From the NCBI GenBank assembly GCA_043421945.1, contig JBHOGO010000045.1, positions 467 through 24,466 of the forward strand: a stretch of DNA of 24,000 bases, read 5' to 3'. A program made the translations under genes and the position numbers. Of the stretch, positions 1-7,498 are shown piece after piece. The notes below the pieces were generated by a model that was given only the letters and a program-made list of their open reading frames with translations, searched no databases and had not been told where the DNA came from. Source of the stretch: a bacterium sp. HQB-150. GTDB taxonomy: Bacteria; Pseudomonadota; Gammaproteobacteria; Enterobacterales; Vibrionaceae. The stretch's first letter is position 1, and each line of letters opens with the position of its first letter.

Positions 1-5
1 GTTTG

Positions 6-33
6 GATGAGTGAACACCACGGTACGCTCATC
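6..33. other. Imperfect stem-loop just beyond the stop of the EAL-HDOD gene; possible terminator
   Basis: GATGAGTG (6-13) pairs with CGCTCATC (26-33), with one T-G position and a 12-nt loop. The + strand continues TAATCTGATTTT. The window edge hides the upstream context. Confidence 0.25.
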
Positions 34-48
34 TAATCTGATTTTAGG

Positions 49-1257
49 CTACAGGTAGATTTGTGACCAACGTAGTGCTTCTTCATACGCCCTACCCACT
101 TGCGCAGGGGTAATTCGTAATAACTCACAACACTGATCGACGCGCTCCCACTCTGCCAAATCGTAAGCGTCAAGAAGATTGAGCATCACACCAAGTTTCC
201 CTTCTTTCTTTAACAGCGCATCCTGCACCGCATTTGATAACGGAAGCAGTGTCACCACTTCTTCTATTGGGGTATCCAATAGTGAGTCCAGTCTGGAAAA
301 TAGTCCTGAGAGAAAGGCTTGATGAGAGAGATCCTTTCGACCACCAAATTGGGCTAAGCTCTCACTCATCTTCGCGCGAAGAATAGATTGTGTATGCAGC
401 TCATTCGGTTTATTAATGGCAGCATGTGCTGTGGCCACTAAACTGACAAATTGCCGTAACTTGTCTTCCCCAAGATAGATTAGCGCTTGCTTGAAGGAAG
501 TGATCTCTTTCACTCTCCTCCCCTGAGTACTCGCGTTGACATAGCGTAGTAATAAGTACGACAACGTCAAATCACTACAAACGAGTAGCTCCACTCGGTT
601 AAAATCAACATCACTGCAGCAAAGCTCTTGCAAAATGCGTACAGTATTAAGCTGAGTGCCATCAATACGCTTTTGCTTCATCAACTCAGGCTTACTAAAG
701 TAGTAGCCCTGAAAAAGGTGAAAACCAGCCGCGAGGCATTGTTCATACTCTTCATGTGTCTCTACTTTTTCGGCCAGAAAGCGAATTTTACGTGAGCGGT
801 TTGCGACCACAAAAGCACACGCTTCAGTCACGGTCATTTGAAATAGGTCGAGCTTAACGATATGAACAAGAGGAAGAAAACGTCGCCAGCGGGCACTAGG
901 AACAAAGTCATCAAGTGCTATGATATAGCCAAGCTGTTTGAGGCGCTGAATAGCAGAAAACAGTGCGTCAGTTGGTTCGCAGCTTTCCAGTACCTCAACC
1001 ACTATCTGCTCTTTCGGTAGCATAGTCGGTACGAGGCTTTCCAAGCTCTGCTGAGGGAAGTTAATAAAGCTTCGTCCACTCGATAAAGCTTTATTCTGAC
1101 CTCCGGCAAAATAGTTCTCGACGATTAAACGACACGTTGCCGTATTGAGATCCACATCTGGAAAAGCATTGGCTTCACCGTCACGAAAAAGTAATTCGTA
1201 GCCAACTGTTTTTTGTTGACGGTTAAAAATAGGCTGCCTTGCCACATAGGAGTACAT
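49..1257 (-). CDS. EAL-domain (c-di-GMP phosphodiesterase-type) plus HDOD-domain signalling protein
   Basis: 402-aa ORF with ATG start and GAGG 5 nt upstream. EAL-domain signature residues are all present: GYELLFR, INFP, EVLE, ALDDF, VKLD, AEKVET, FQGYYFSKP. The C-terminal half has an HDOD-like pattern (CSDLTLSYLLLRYVNAS). The architecture matches the YuxH/PdeH-type EAL-HDOD family. Confidence 0.85.
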   Translation of the reverse strand: MYSYVARQPIFNRQQKTVGYELLFRDGEANAFPDVDLNTATCRLIVENYFAGGQNKALSSGRSFINFPQQSLESLVPTMLPKEQIVVEVLESCEPTDALFSAIQRLKQLGYIIALDDFVPSARWRRFLPLVHIVKLDLFQMTVTEACAFVVANRSRKIRFLAEKVETHEEYEQCLAAGFHLFQGYYFSKPELMKQKRIDGTQLNTVRILQELCCSDVDFNRVELLVCSDLTLSYLLLRYVNASTQGRRVKEITSFKQALIYLGEDKLRQFVSLVATAHAAINKPNELHTQSILRAKMSESLAQFGGRKDLSHQAFLSGLFSRLDSLLDTPIEEVVTLLPLSNAVQDALLKKEGKLGVMLNLLDAYDLAEWERVDQCCELLRITPAQVGRAYEEALRWSQIYL

Positions 1258-1476
1258 CGATACCTCAACTAATCAACGGCGCTTCTGAAAATCTAGCACA
1301 GAAAAGCTTACAAAAAATGACTTGCCTACTATACAAAAAAGCACGCGGACCAATACTCAGCCAAAAAATGATATTTTTCAAGTGGTTGTTAAAACTGTTT
1401 ATGGATTATATTCAGAACTTCAAGGGAATAGCACAAAGCGCTATAATTCCCCCTCCATAGAGCAAATACACTGATT

Positions 1477-2484
1477 ATGACATTACCCGAAAACCGTGAA
1501 CGTACGTTTACCCATTTTGCCGAACACACCTTGGCGCCTTTTTGGCAGCAACGTCAAGAGGGCTATTTCATCGGGCAAAAGAATATCGCGTTGTATTGGC
1601 TCAGCTTTGTTCATTCAAGTAAGTCTACCTCTGTATCAAGCCACCAGCCTGAGTCCCCTAAAACAAAAGGGGCAGTCGTGCTCCTCAACGGTCGAGTCGA
1701 ATCTAGCTGGAAATACCAAGAAGTATGTTTCGATCTCTACCAACAAGGCTATGATGTTTATGCTTATGATCACCGAGGGCAAGGGTTATCGCCCCGTTTA
1801 GCCTCCCACTCAGAGGTAGGGCATATCGACAATTTTGACTACTTTGTTGATGACGCGACCACCTTCATTGAGACTATCGTTCGCGCACAAGATTACCAAC
1901 ATATTCACCTATTGGCACACTCCATGGGGGGTACTGTCGCCACACGACTACTTCAGCACTGTCAGCTCTCGAGCGCTGCGCTGTGTGCACCAATGTATGA
2001 CATCAACCTGTCACCTTTCATGAAATTTATTTCACCTATCTACTTGAAGCTACGTGATTGGAGCACAACGGAGCCACAATTCGCACCGCGACAAGGCCCT
2101 TATTTCCCCAAACCCTTTGAGGGAAACCTTCTCACTCACAGTGAAGCACGTTATCAATGGTTCCGTGATCTCTATAGCCAGCACCCTAAGCTACAGCTAG
2201 GGGGAGCAAGCAACCGCTGGGTAACGGAAAGCTTGCGAGTCGCGGCACAATGTCGTGCACAAGTGCGCTCAACAAATACCCCACTGCTCATTCTCCAAGC
2301 AGAAAACGAGCAAATTGTTGATAATCGCGCCCAAGAGATTGTTTGTCGCCAACTTAAAGCGACGCGACACTGCGTACCCAAATCACGTCACGAGATCCTC
2401 TTTGAAACCGATGAAATACGTAATAGCGCGCTTAAAGAGATCTTCGCCTTCTTCCAGAAAGCAGAGCACCAAAAAGCGGAATAA
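1477..2484 (+). CDS. pldB: Lysophospholipase L2 (alpha/beta hydrolase)
   Basis: 335-aa ORF that is collinear with my recollection of E. coli PldB: FWQQR, G(R)VES..KY.E, YDHRGQG, GH(I/V)..F.DYVDD, nucleophile elbow AHSMGG, HEILFE. It lies directly upstream of yigL, as in E. coli. Confidence 0.9.
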   Translation: MTLPENRERTFTHFAEHTLAPFWQQRQEGYFIGQKNIALYWLSFVHSSKSTSVSSHQPESPKTKGAVVLLNGRVESSWKYQEVCFDLYQQGYDVYAYDHRGQGLSPRLASHSEVGHIDNFDYFVDDATTFIETIVRAQDYQHIHLLAHSMGGTVATRLLQHCQLSSAALCAPMYDINLSPFMKFISPIYLKLRDWSTTEPQFAPRQGPYFPKPFEGNLLTHSEARYQWFRDLYSQHPKLQLGGASNRWVTESLRVAAQCRAQVRSTNTPLLILQAENEQIVDNRAQEIVCRQLKATRHCVPKSRHEILFETDEIRNSALKEIFAFFQKAEHQKAE

Positions 2485-2575
2485 TAGTTTCATACAATTA
2501 ACCCTTTTTTCTTCACAGTGGCTGCGTATGATGAAGATATCCCGAGCCGTGCTAAGCACCATATAAAGGAATATC

Positions 2576-3382
2576 ATGTACAAAATCATTGCATCCGATC
2601 TTGACGGTACACTACTCACACCCGAACACATTATCGCCCCTTACTCACGAAGTGTTCTGCAGCAGTTACATGCTCGAGGTGAGCACTTTGTCTTTGCCAC
2701 TGGACGTCACCATTTAGACGTTGCTCGTATCCGAGGCACGGTAGGTATACCAGCTTTCATGATTACGTCTAACGGGGCTCGCGTACATGATGCCGATGAT
2801 AATCTTGTCTTCTCTGCGAATGTTGATGCCGATGTCATCAAAAAGCTAATGGCTATTTGTGACGGTGATGACAATATCATCATCCACATTTACCAAGACG
2901 AGCAGTGGTTGATCAGTCGCGAGAATGAAGAGCTCAAGAAATTCCATAAAGACAGTGGCTTTCAATACCAAAAGTTCGATACAGCAAAACCACCACTAGA
3001 CAGTATCGTTAAACTCTTTCTTACCCATCCAGATCACGACTACTTGGTCAATTATGAAAAGCAATTTGAGGCTGCTTTTGGCGATCAAGCTAGCATTGCC
3101 TTTTCGACACCATGGTGCTTAGAGGTGATGGGGGAAGGCGTGTCAAAAGGAGCGGCACTTAAAGCGGTTGCTGAAATGAAAGGACACACACTACAAGACT
3201 GTATCGCTTTCGGTGATGGAATGAATGATAAGGAGATGCTAGAAATGGCAGGGAAAGGACTTATCATGGCAACGGCTCATGACCGCCTCAAAGAGGCTCT
3301 TCCAGAGCATGAGATTATTGGCTCCAACGTTGAAGAAGCTGTCGCCCACTACCTTGAAGCGCATTTGTTCGACAACGCATAA
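2576..3382 (+). CDS. yigL: Cof-type HAD-IIB sugar/pyridoxal phosphatase YigL
   Basis: 268-aa ORF with AAGGAA RBS. The N-terminus M-Y-K-I-I-A-S-D-L-D-G-T-L-L closely matches E. coli YigL (MYQVVASDLDGTLL). Further matches are FVFATGRHH, MITSNGARVHD and CIAFGDGMNDKEML. Confidence 0.93.
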   Translation: MYKIIASDLDGTLLTPEHIIAPYSRSVLQQLHARGEHFVFATGRHHLDVARIRGTVGIPAFMITSNGARVHDADDNLVFSANVDADVIKKLMAICDGDDNIIIHIYQDEQWLISRENEELKKFHKDSGFQYQKFDTAKPPLDSIVKLFLTHPDHDYLVNYEKQFEAAFGDQASIAFSTPWCLEVMGEGVSKGAALKAVAEMKGHTLQDCIAFGDGMNDKEMLEMAGKGLIMATAHDRLKEALPEHEIIGSNVEEAVAHYLEAHLFDNA

Positions 3383-3395
3383 CTCGTTTCAGCCA

Positions 3396-3414
3396 CAAGG
3401 GGGCTCCCCCCTTG
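3396..3414 (+). terminator. GC-rich stem-loop 14 nt after the yigL stop, with no U-tract
   Basis: CAAGGGG (3396-3402) pairs with CCCCTTG (3408-3414) around a 5-nt loop. No T-run follows, so terminator function is uncertain. Confidence 0.35.
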
Positions 3415-3599
3415 CGGTACGGCCTCCCTTCTTCCCATTCGCTAACCAGCACCACACTCAACGGGATATTTTCCTTACCTTTAATCGCTTCTCTCTTGCC
3501 CAGCAAGAACGATTTCGATCGCAAAGTGTCTGTATAGAAAGGGATCTGACTCGGTTTTAAAACACGGATAAGCCATAATATCGACTTGCTCATTATTAT

Positions 3600-3627
3600 T
3601 TGGCTGATGCTATTCGGTATCAGCCAA
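3600..3627. promoter_or_regulatory. Perfect 9-bp inverted repeat (TTGGCTGAT-N10-ATCAGCCAA) about 60 nt upstream of the lipoprotein gene; candidate operator or leader hairpin
   Basis: Read directly: 3600-3608 TTGGCTGAT and 3619-3627 ATCAGCCAA. No known binding consensus recognised. Confidence 0.3.
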
Positions 3628-3687
3628 TGACATACACGAATGACTCTCGACGCGACTTTCAACGCTGCGAGGCAAAAGGGGAAAACC

Positions 3688-5244
3688 ATGCAGCACCTGA
3701 GATTAAAGGCTTCTGCCTCATTCATGGCACTTTGGCTGACAGCGTGTGCTCAAACCTCGTCACCCTCAGTGGAAGAAACACCATCACTCCCTCCTCAGCC
3801 TAAAGCGATTGGCAATCACTACACGAGCCAAGCTTTTATGATGCGTGGTGAGGTGGTAGTAGGCCACGAGAGTTACTATATTCAACCCTGTGGTACTAAA
3901 ACCCAGTATTGGTTACACCTACCTGACGATTTAAGAGCGGCATTGCACGCTTCAGCAAGCGCGCCCTACTCACCGTTATACGGAGAGCTCGTTGGACACT
4001 TAATCCCCTCTCCTGTGGATGGGTTTGCCTCCGGACACCCTGCACAATTCGTCGTAAAACACGTCAATCAGTTAAGTGCCGAGTCGTCAGGCTGCAATCG
4101 GCTCCCCCAACCTACACGGGCCTTTGGTGCCGAACCTGCATGGGTTATAGAGGTCAATAATGCCCAGCTAACCATCGCCCAAATAGGTCAGCAAGACATT
4201 CATTTGCCAGTCACAGGCATTGAACAGCATCCCAACCAACGGATCTATCGCAGTGACACGACATCCCTCATTCTAGATAAGGGAACGTGTAGTGACACCA
4301 TGAGTGATAGCATTTTTGGTTGGAAGGCAACCGTCACAGAGGCTGGGCAGAGTACCTACTTAAAAGGCTGTGCAACCTTAGATGGCCTAGACCCAACCTT
4401 ACCTTGGGTCGGTACTTACCAAGGCAAACATGAACAGATAGACTTAACCACGACCCTAGAATTAAACAATGACCATAGCGCCATAACAACCTACCAATAC
4501 CCAACGGATGAACCTCCACTGAGTGAAAAAGGGTTTTGGCAGCAGCACAGCGAAGACAGCGTGCAGGTCATCATGACCTCTCACAATGGCCAGCGACTCA
4601 TTAGTGAAAGGCGTTTCCAGCGAAATGGCTATCAACTCACCGCAAGCGAAGAGTATGTCAATGACCAACACTACTCACTTGGTGAGCATGGGCTGAAGCT
4701 CGATTTAATGGTTGGCGATGCCTTCAGTGCCCAAGGCAAGTCCGCTCAGTCTGCTCTTACCGAAGGGGATATTCCCACCCGGCAAGATACAGACAGTGAC
4801 GTAGAGGCGCTTATTCGTCAGTATGTCATCGCCCATAAAGCGAACCCAGAAGGCTTAAAATATCAGTGGCTAACCTACGATCTCAATCGTGATGGTCACG
4901 ATGAACTATTGGTCATGCTAGATTGGTGCGGTCAAGGTGGGTGCACTTTACTGGTCTTTGAAGGCAACAAAAATGAAGAGCAAAATCGTCACTGGGCTTT
5001 CTCTAGCCGGATTTCAAACGTCCACATACCGATCAGCGTTGGCTATGGCAACACAGAAGGGTGGCAAGATCTTATCTTTGCCGTTGGCGGCGGTGGTGCA
5101 CAACCAGCTAGCCATGTGATACAGCACAATGGGATTAGTTACCCATTTAACCCTCGCCAAGGCCAGCAAACCACAGGGCGTGGCAATGCTATTGCAACAC
5201 TCTTTGCTGATGGGCGGTACCCTGCCCAAGGCCATACGCTATAA
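3688..5244 (+). CDS. Multi-module lipoprotein of unknown function
   Basis: I place the start at ATG 3688, with an AAGGGGAAAA RBS 5 nt upstream, rather than the track start at 3640. This gives a classical lipoprotein signal peptide: MQHLRLKASASFMALWLTA-C, with lipobox L-T-A-C. The mature part contains several Cys-bearing modules (PCGTK, SSGCN, GTCSDTMSD, LKGCA) and a C-terminal YDLNRDGHDELLV..WCGQGGC..VGGGG module. No enzymatic motif recognised. Confidence 0.8.
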   Translation: MQHLRLKASASFMALWLTACAQTSSPSVEETPSLPPQPKAIGNHYTSQAFMMRGEVVVGHESYYIQPCGTKTQYWLHLPDDLRAALHASASAPYSPLYGELVGHLIPSPVDGFASGHPAQFVVKHVNQLSAESSGCNRLPQPTRAFGAEPAWVIEVNNAQLTIAQIGQQDIHLPVTGIEQHPNQRIYRSDTTSLILDKGTCSDTMSDSIFGWKATVTEAGQSTYLKGCATLDGLDPTLPWVGTYQGKHEQIDLTTTLELNNDHSAITTYQYPTDEPPLSEKGFWQQHSEDSVQVIMTSHNGQRLISERRFQRNGYQLTASEEYVNDQHYSLGEHGLKLDLMVGDAFSAQGKSAQSALTEGDIPTRQDTDSDVEALIRQYVIAHKANPEGLKYQWLTYDLNRDGHDELLVMLDWCGQGGCTLLVFEGNKNEEQNRHWAFSSRISNVHIPISVGYGNTEGWQDLIFAVGGGGAQPASHVIQHNGISYPFNPRQGQQTTGRGNAIATLFADGRYPAQGHTL

Positions 5245-5271
5245 ACCACCGTACATGATAGACCGATAAAC

Positions 5272-5299
5272 AGCGTGGCAAACTAATTGATGCCACGCT
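5272..5299 (+). terminator. 9-bp stem-loop between the lipoprotein gene and the DTW gene
   Basis: AGCGTGGCA (5272-5280) pairs with TGCCACGCT (5291-5299) around a 10-nt loop. No clear T-run follows. It overlaps the longest possible start of the DTW ORF. Confidence 0.35.
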
Positions 5300-5994
5300 C
5301 GCTTAGCTACGTTAAAATAGAACGAGTTAAGAACAGCGATAAACGAGACTCTTTCATGTCGACTCGAAATCACTCACTGGCTTGTACTGGCTGTGGGTTT
5401 ACCAACCATTGTATCTGTGCAGAGTTTACGAGACTCGACAGCCTAGGGCACTTCGCCTTACTGCAGCATCAACGCGAAGCCGATAAGAAATCGAATACAG
5501 GTCAGTTGATGAGCTCGACAATCCCCTCTTGCAGCACCGTCATCTGGTCAAGAACGGAACCGCCAAAGGCACTTATCAACCAGCTTAACGATCCCGCTTA
5601 TTCACCTTGGCTCGTTTTCCCTAGTGATCAACAGCAGAAGGCCTACAATCAGGACGTTGCAATCCAACATATACAACAAACAAAGCGACAGCCTCTGTTT
5701 CTTCTGATTGATGCTACATGGCAAGAAGCGAGGAAAATGGTCAGAAAGAGTCCATGGTTGAGTCATATTCCTCGCTTAGAAATCGATACCCAAGCACCGT
5801 CCTCCTATCGGTTACGCCGCAATCAAGCCGATGGTAACCTCTGTACCTGCGAAGTAGGCTGCGCGTTGCTAGACCTTATCAATGAGCCGTCTCACGCCGT
5901 ATCATTGAGCAAACTCCTTGAGACCTTTCAATCTATCTATCAAGCAGAGCAACAGCACCAAACACTCATGCCATACCACCGAGAAGGGGAATAG
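5290..5994 (+). CDS. tapT: DTW-domain protein, YfiP/TapT-like tRNA-uridine aminocarboxypropyltransferase
   Basis: N-terminal Cys cluster CTGCGF..HCIC. Matches to E. coli YfiP as I recall it: SNTGQL, WSRTEP, LIDATWQEARKMVRKSPWL (the D-x-T-W motif) and SSYRLRR. The start is uncertain: ATG 5290 (TTG 5287 in the track) or ATG 5356. Neither has a strong SD. Confidence 0.8.
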   Translation: MPRSLSYVKIERVKNSDKRDSFMSTRNHSLACTGCGFTNHCICAEFTRLDSLGHFALLQHQREADKKSNTGQLMSSTIPSCSTVIWSRTEPPKALINQLNDPAYSPWLVFPSDQQQKAYNQDVAIQHIQQTKRQPLFLLIDATWQEARKMVRKSPWLSHIPRLEIDTQAPSSYRLRRNQADGNLCTCEVGCALLDLINEPSHAVSLSKLLETFQSIYQAEQQHQTLMPYHREGE

Positions 5995-6000
5995 CGCCCC

Positions 6001-6051
6001 TGCTATCTGCTATCTGCTATCTGCTATCTGCTATCTGCTATCTGCTATCTG
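6001..6051. repeat. Perfect heptanucleotide tandem repeat (TGCTATC) x7 plus TG
   Basis: Read directly: tgctatc repeated seven times from 6001 to 6049, then tg. It begins 6 nt after the TAG stop (5992-5994) of the DTW gene, in the convergent spacer before manA. Confidence 0.97.
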
Positions 6052-6062
6052 GCACAAAGAAT

Positions 6063-6100
6063 AAAGGCCGCGGTGCCCCAAATGGCAACCGCGACCTTTT
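6063..6100. terminator. Bidirectional Rho-independent terminator between the convergent DTW gene and manA
   Basis: AAAGGCCGCGGT (6063-6074) pairs with ACCGCGACCTTT (6088-6099), with one mismatch and a 13-nt loop. A T-run follows on the + strand (TTTT, 6097-6100). T-rich sequence (TTTATTCTTT) follows on the - strand. Confidence 0.65.
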
Positions 6101-6112
6101 AGAAGACTCTTT

Positions 6113-6140
6113 TTACCGCTCTCTTGATAAGCAGCGGTAA
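6113..6140. other. Second 8-bp stem-loop immediately downstream of the manA stop
   Basis: TTACCGCT (6113-6120) pairs with AGCGGTAA (6133-6140) around a 12-nt loop. No U-tract follows in the manA direction, so it may be an RNA-stabilising hairpin rather than a terminator. Confidence 0.35.
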
Positions 6141-6147
6141 CACTAAT

Positions 6148-7332
6148 CTAGTTATAAGCGCGTGCGCAGCGACCTTCCCCTTCAAGCTGATACTGTCTCA
6201 CATTGGCTGGAACAAATGCCGACTCCCCTTTTTGCAATGTCAGTGATGTATCCCCAGCACGTAATGTCACAGGAGCATCAACAGCAAAGACAATCTCGGC
6301 ACTCTCAACGGAAAGTTGGTGCTTACCTTGATAGAGGCTGATTTTAAAATCGTTGACGGGCACCGGATAGTGCTCAATGCCAGCCTCTTTAATCGGTTGT
6401 GTTAGCAGAGTATGACTTGGCATTGGCTTAAAACGGGTACAGTCGACCAGCTCATCCACATCCATATACTTCGGTGTTAAGCCAGCTCGAAGTACATTAT
6501 CGGAGTTGGCCATTATCTCTAAGCCTGTTCCGTGGATGTAAGCATGAGGGGTGCACGCATCAAGGAACATCGCTTCACCAGGTTGCAATGTCAGTACATT
6601 CAGCATAAGCGGTGAAAAGAGGCCAATGTCATCTGGGTACTGCTTTTCTAGATCAACCAGAAGTGCAAAAAGTGGCTGTTCGGTATTCGCTTTGGCATAA
6701 CGCATCAATGCAGCCACCGCTGCCGTTTTTTGCTCACCGGTTAATGAAAGTAACGCAGAGAAAAAGACCTCTAAGGCGGCACTATCGCGCCCGCCTTTTA
6801 AGTCTGAGATGAGTGGTTTTATCTCTAAGATATCGACCTGTTCAAACAACGTAATCATTTCATCCAGTTCACGGAAGCCATTCATCGCTTGATAAGGCGT
6901 AAGGGCGTAAACCAGTTCCGGTTTATGATTAGGATCTTTGTAATTTCGGTTAGCAGCGTTTAATGCAACACCAGACATGTTTTCTTTTGCGTAGCCAATT
7001 TCAGCTTGCTGTTTACTTGGATGAACTTGAATGGATAGGGCTTTTTCTGCGGCGAGGACTTTGAATAAGTAAGGAAGCTCTCCGTATCGCGTTAATGTAT
7101 CCGCTCCGAGCATCCCTTCTGGGTTTTGTTTGATCAATGTCGCCAGCGATACCCATTCGCCAGCAACATCAACTTGAGAGCAACCGTTGGGATGTGCTCC
7201 CATCCATATTTCTGCTTGCGGCTGGTTACTCGGATTCTCAATACCAAACAGAGTGTTCACTGAGGTATGACTACCCCACGCATAATCTTGAATGACATTT
7301 TGCATTTTGAAAAACGGGAGCTTCTGGGTCAT
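6148..7332 (-). CDS. manA: Mannose-6-phosphate isomerase, class I
   Basis: 394-aa ORF with ATG start and AGGTAGG RBS. N-terminus ..VIQDYAWGS.., then QPQAEIWMGAHP, LSIQVHP, NYKDPNHKPE and LRAGLTPKY. It is collinear with E. coli ManA as I recall it. Confidence 0.93.
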   Translation of the reverse strand: MTQKLPFFKMQNVIQDYAWGSHTSVNTLFGIENPSNQPQAEIWMGAHPNGCSQVDVAGEWVSLATLIKQNPEGMLGADTLTRYGELPYLFKVLAAEKALSIQVHPSKQQAEIGYAKENMSGVALNAANRNYKDPNHKPELVYALTPYQAMNGFRELDEMITLFEQVDILEIKPLISDLKGGRDSAALEVFFSALLSLTGEQKTAAVAALMRYAKANTEQPLFALLVDLEKQYPDDIGLFSPLMLNVLTLQPGEAMFLDACTPHAYIHGTGLEIMANSDNVLRAGLTPKYMDVDELVDCTRFKPMPSHTLLTQPIKEAGIEHYPVPVNDFKISLYQGKHQLSVESAEIVFAVDAPVTLRAGDTSLTLQKGESAFVPANVRQYQLEGEGRCARAYN

Positions 7333-7498
7333 AACAATGCCTACCTGATAAAGACTAACAAGGTGAAGCCAGCCATCCTGGCTATGAAGACAATACAGCG
7401 CCTAGCTGTGGTAGGCTAGCCAACTAAGACGCTGAAAACCAGAGTTTTTCTCTATTTACTTTGAAGATTCCAATACCGATCAAAAAAACGATGCTGCG

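Noticed and set aside
1239-1460. 73-aa + strand ORF in the EAL-HDOD / pldB divergent promoter region
   Set aside because: It starts inside the EAL-HDOD gene start and lies in AT-rich promoter DNA. The peptide is low-complexity and K/F/L-rich, and there is no SD. It is most likely non-coding.
3315-3725. 136-aa ORF on the - strand spanning the yigL-lipoprotein spacer
   Set aside because: It overlaps the coding ends of both well-supported neighbours. Its composition is rich in Cys, Arg and Trp and does not look protein-like. I see no RBS and recognise no motif, so it is probably a chance ORF.
6001-6051. Tandem repeat as a possible CRISPR array or coding repeat
   Set aside because: The units are 7 nt with no spacers, so it is not a CRISPR array. 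The array lies after the TAG stop of the DTW gene and outside any supported ORF. It is retained only as a simple VNTR.
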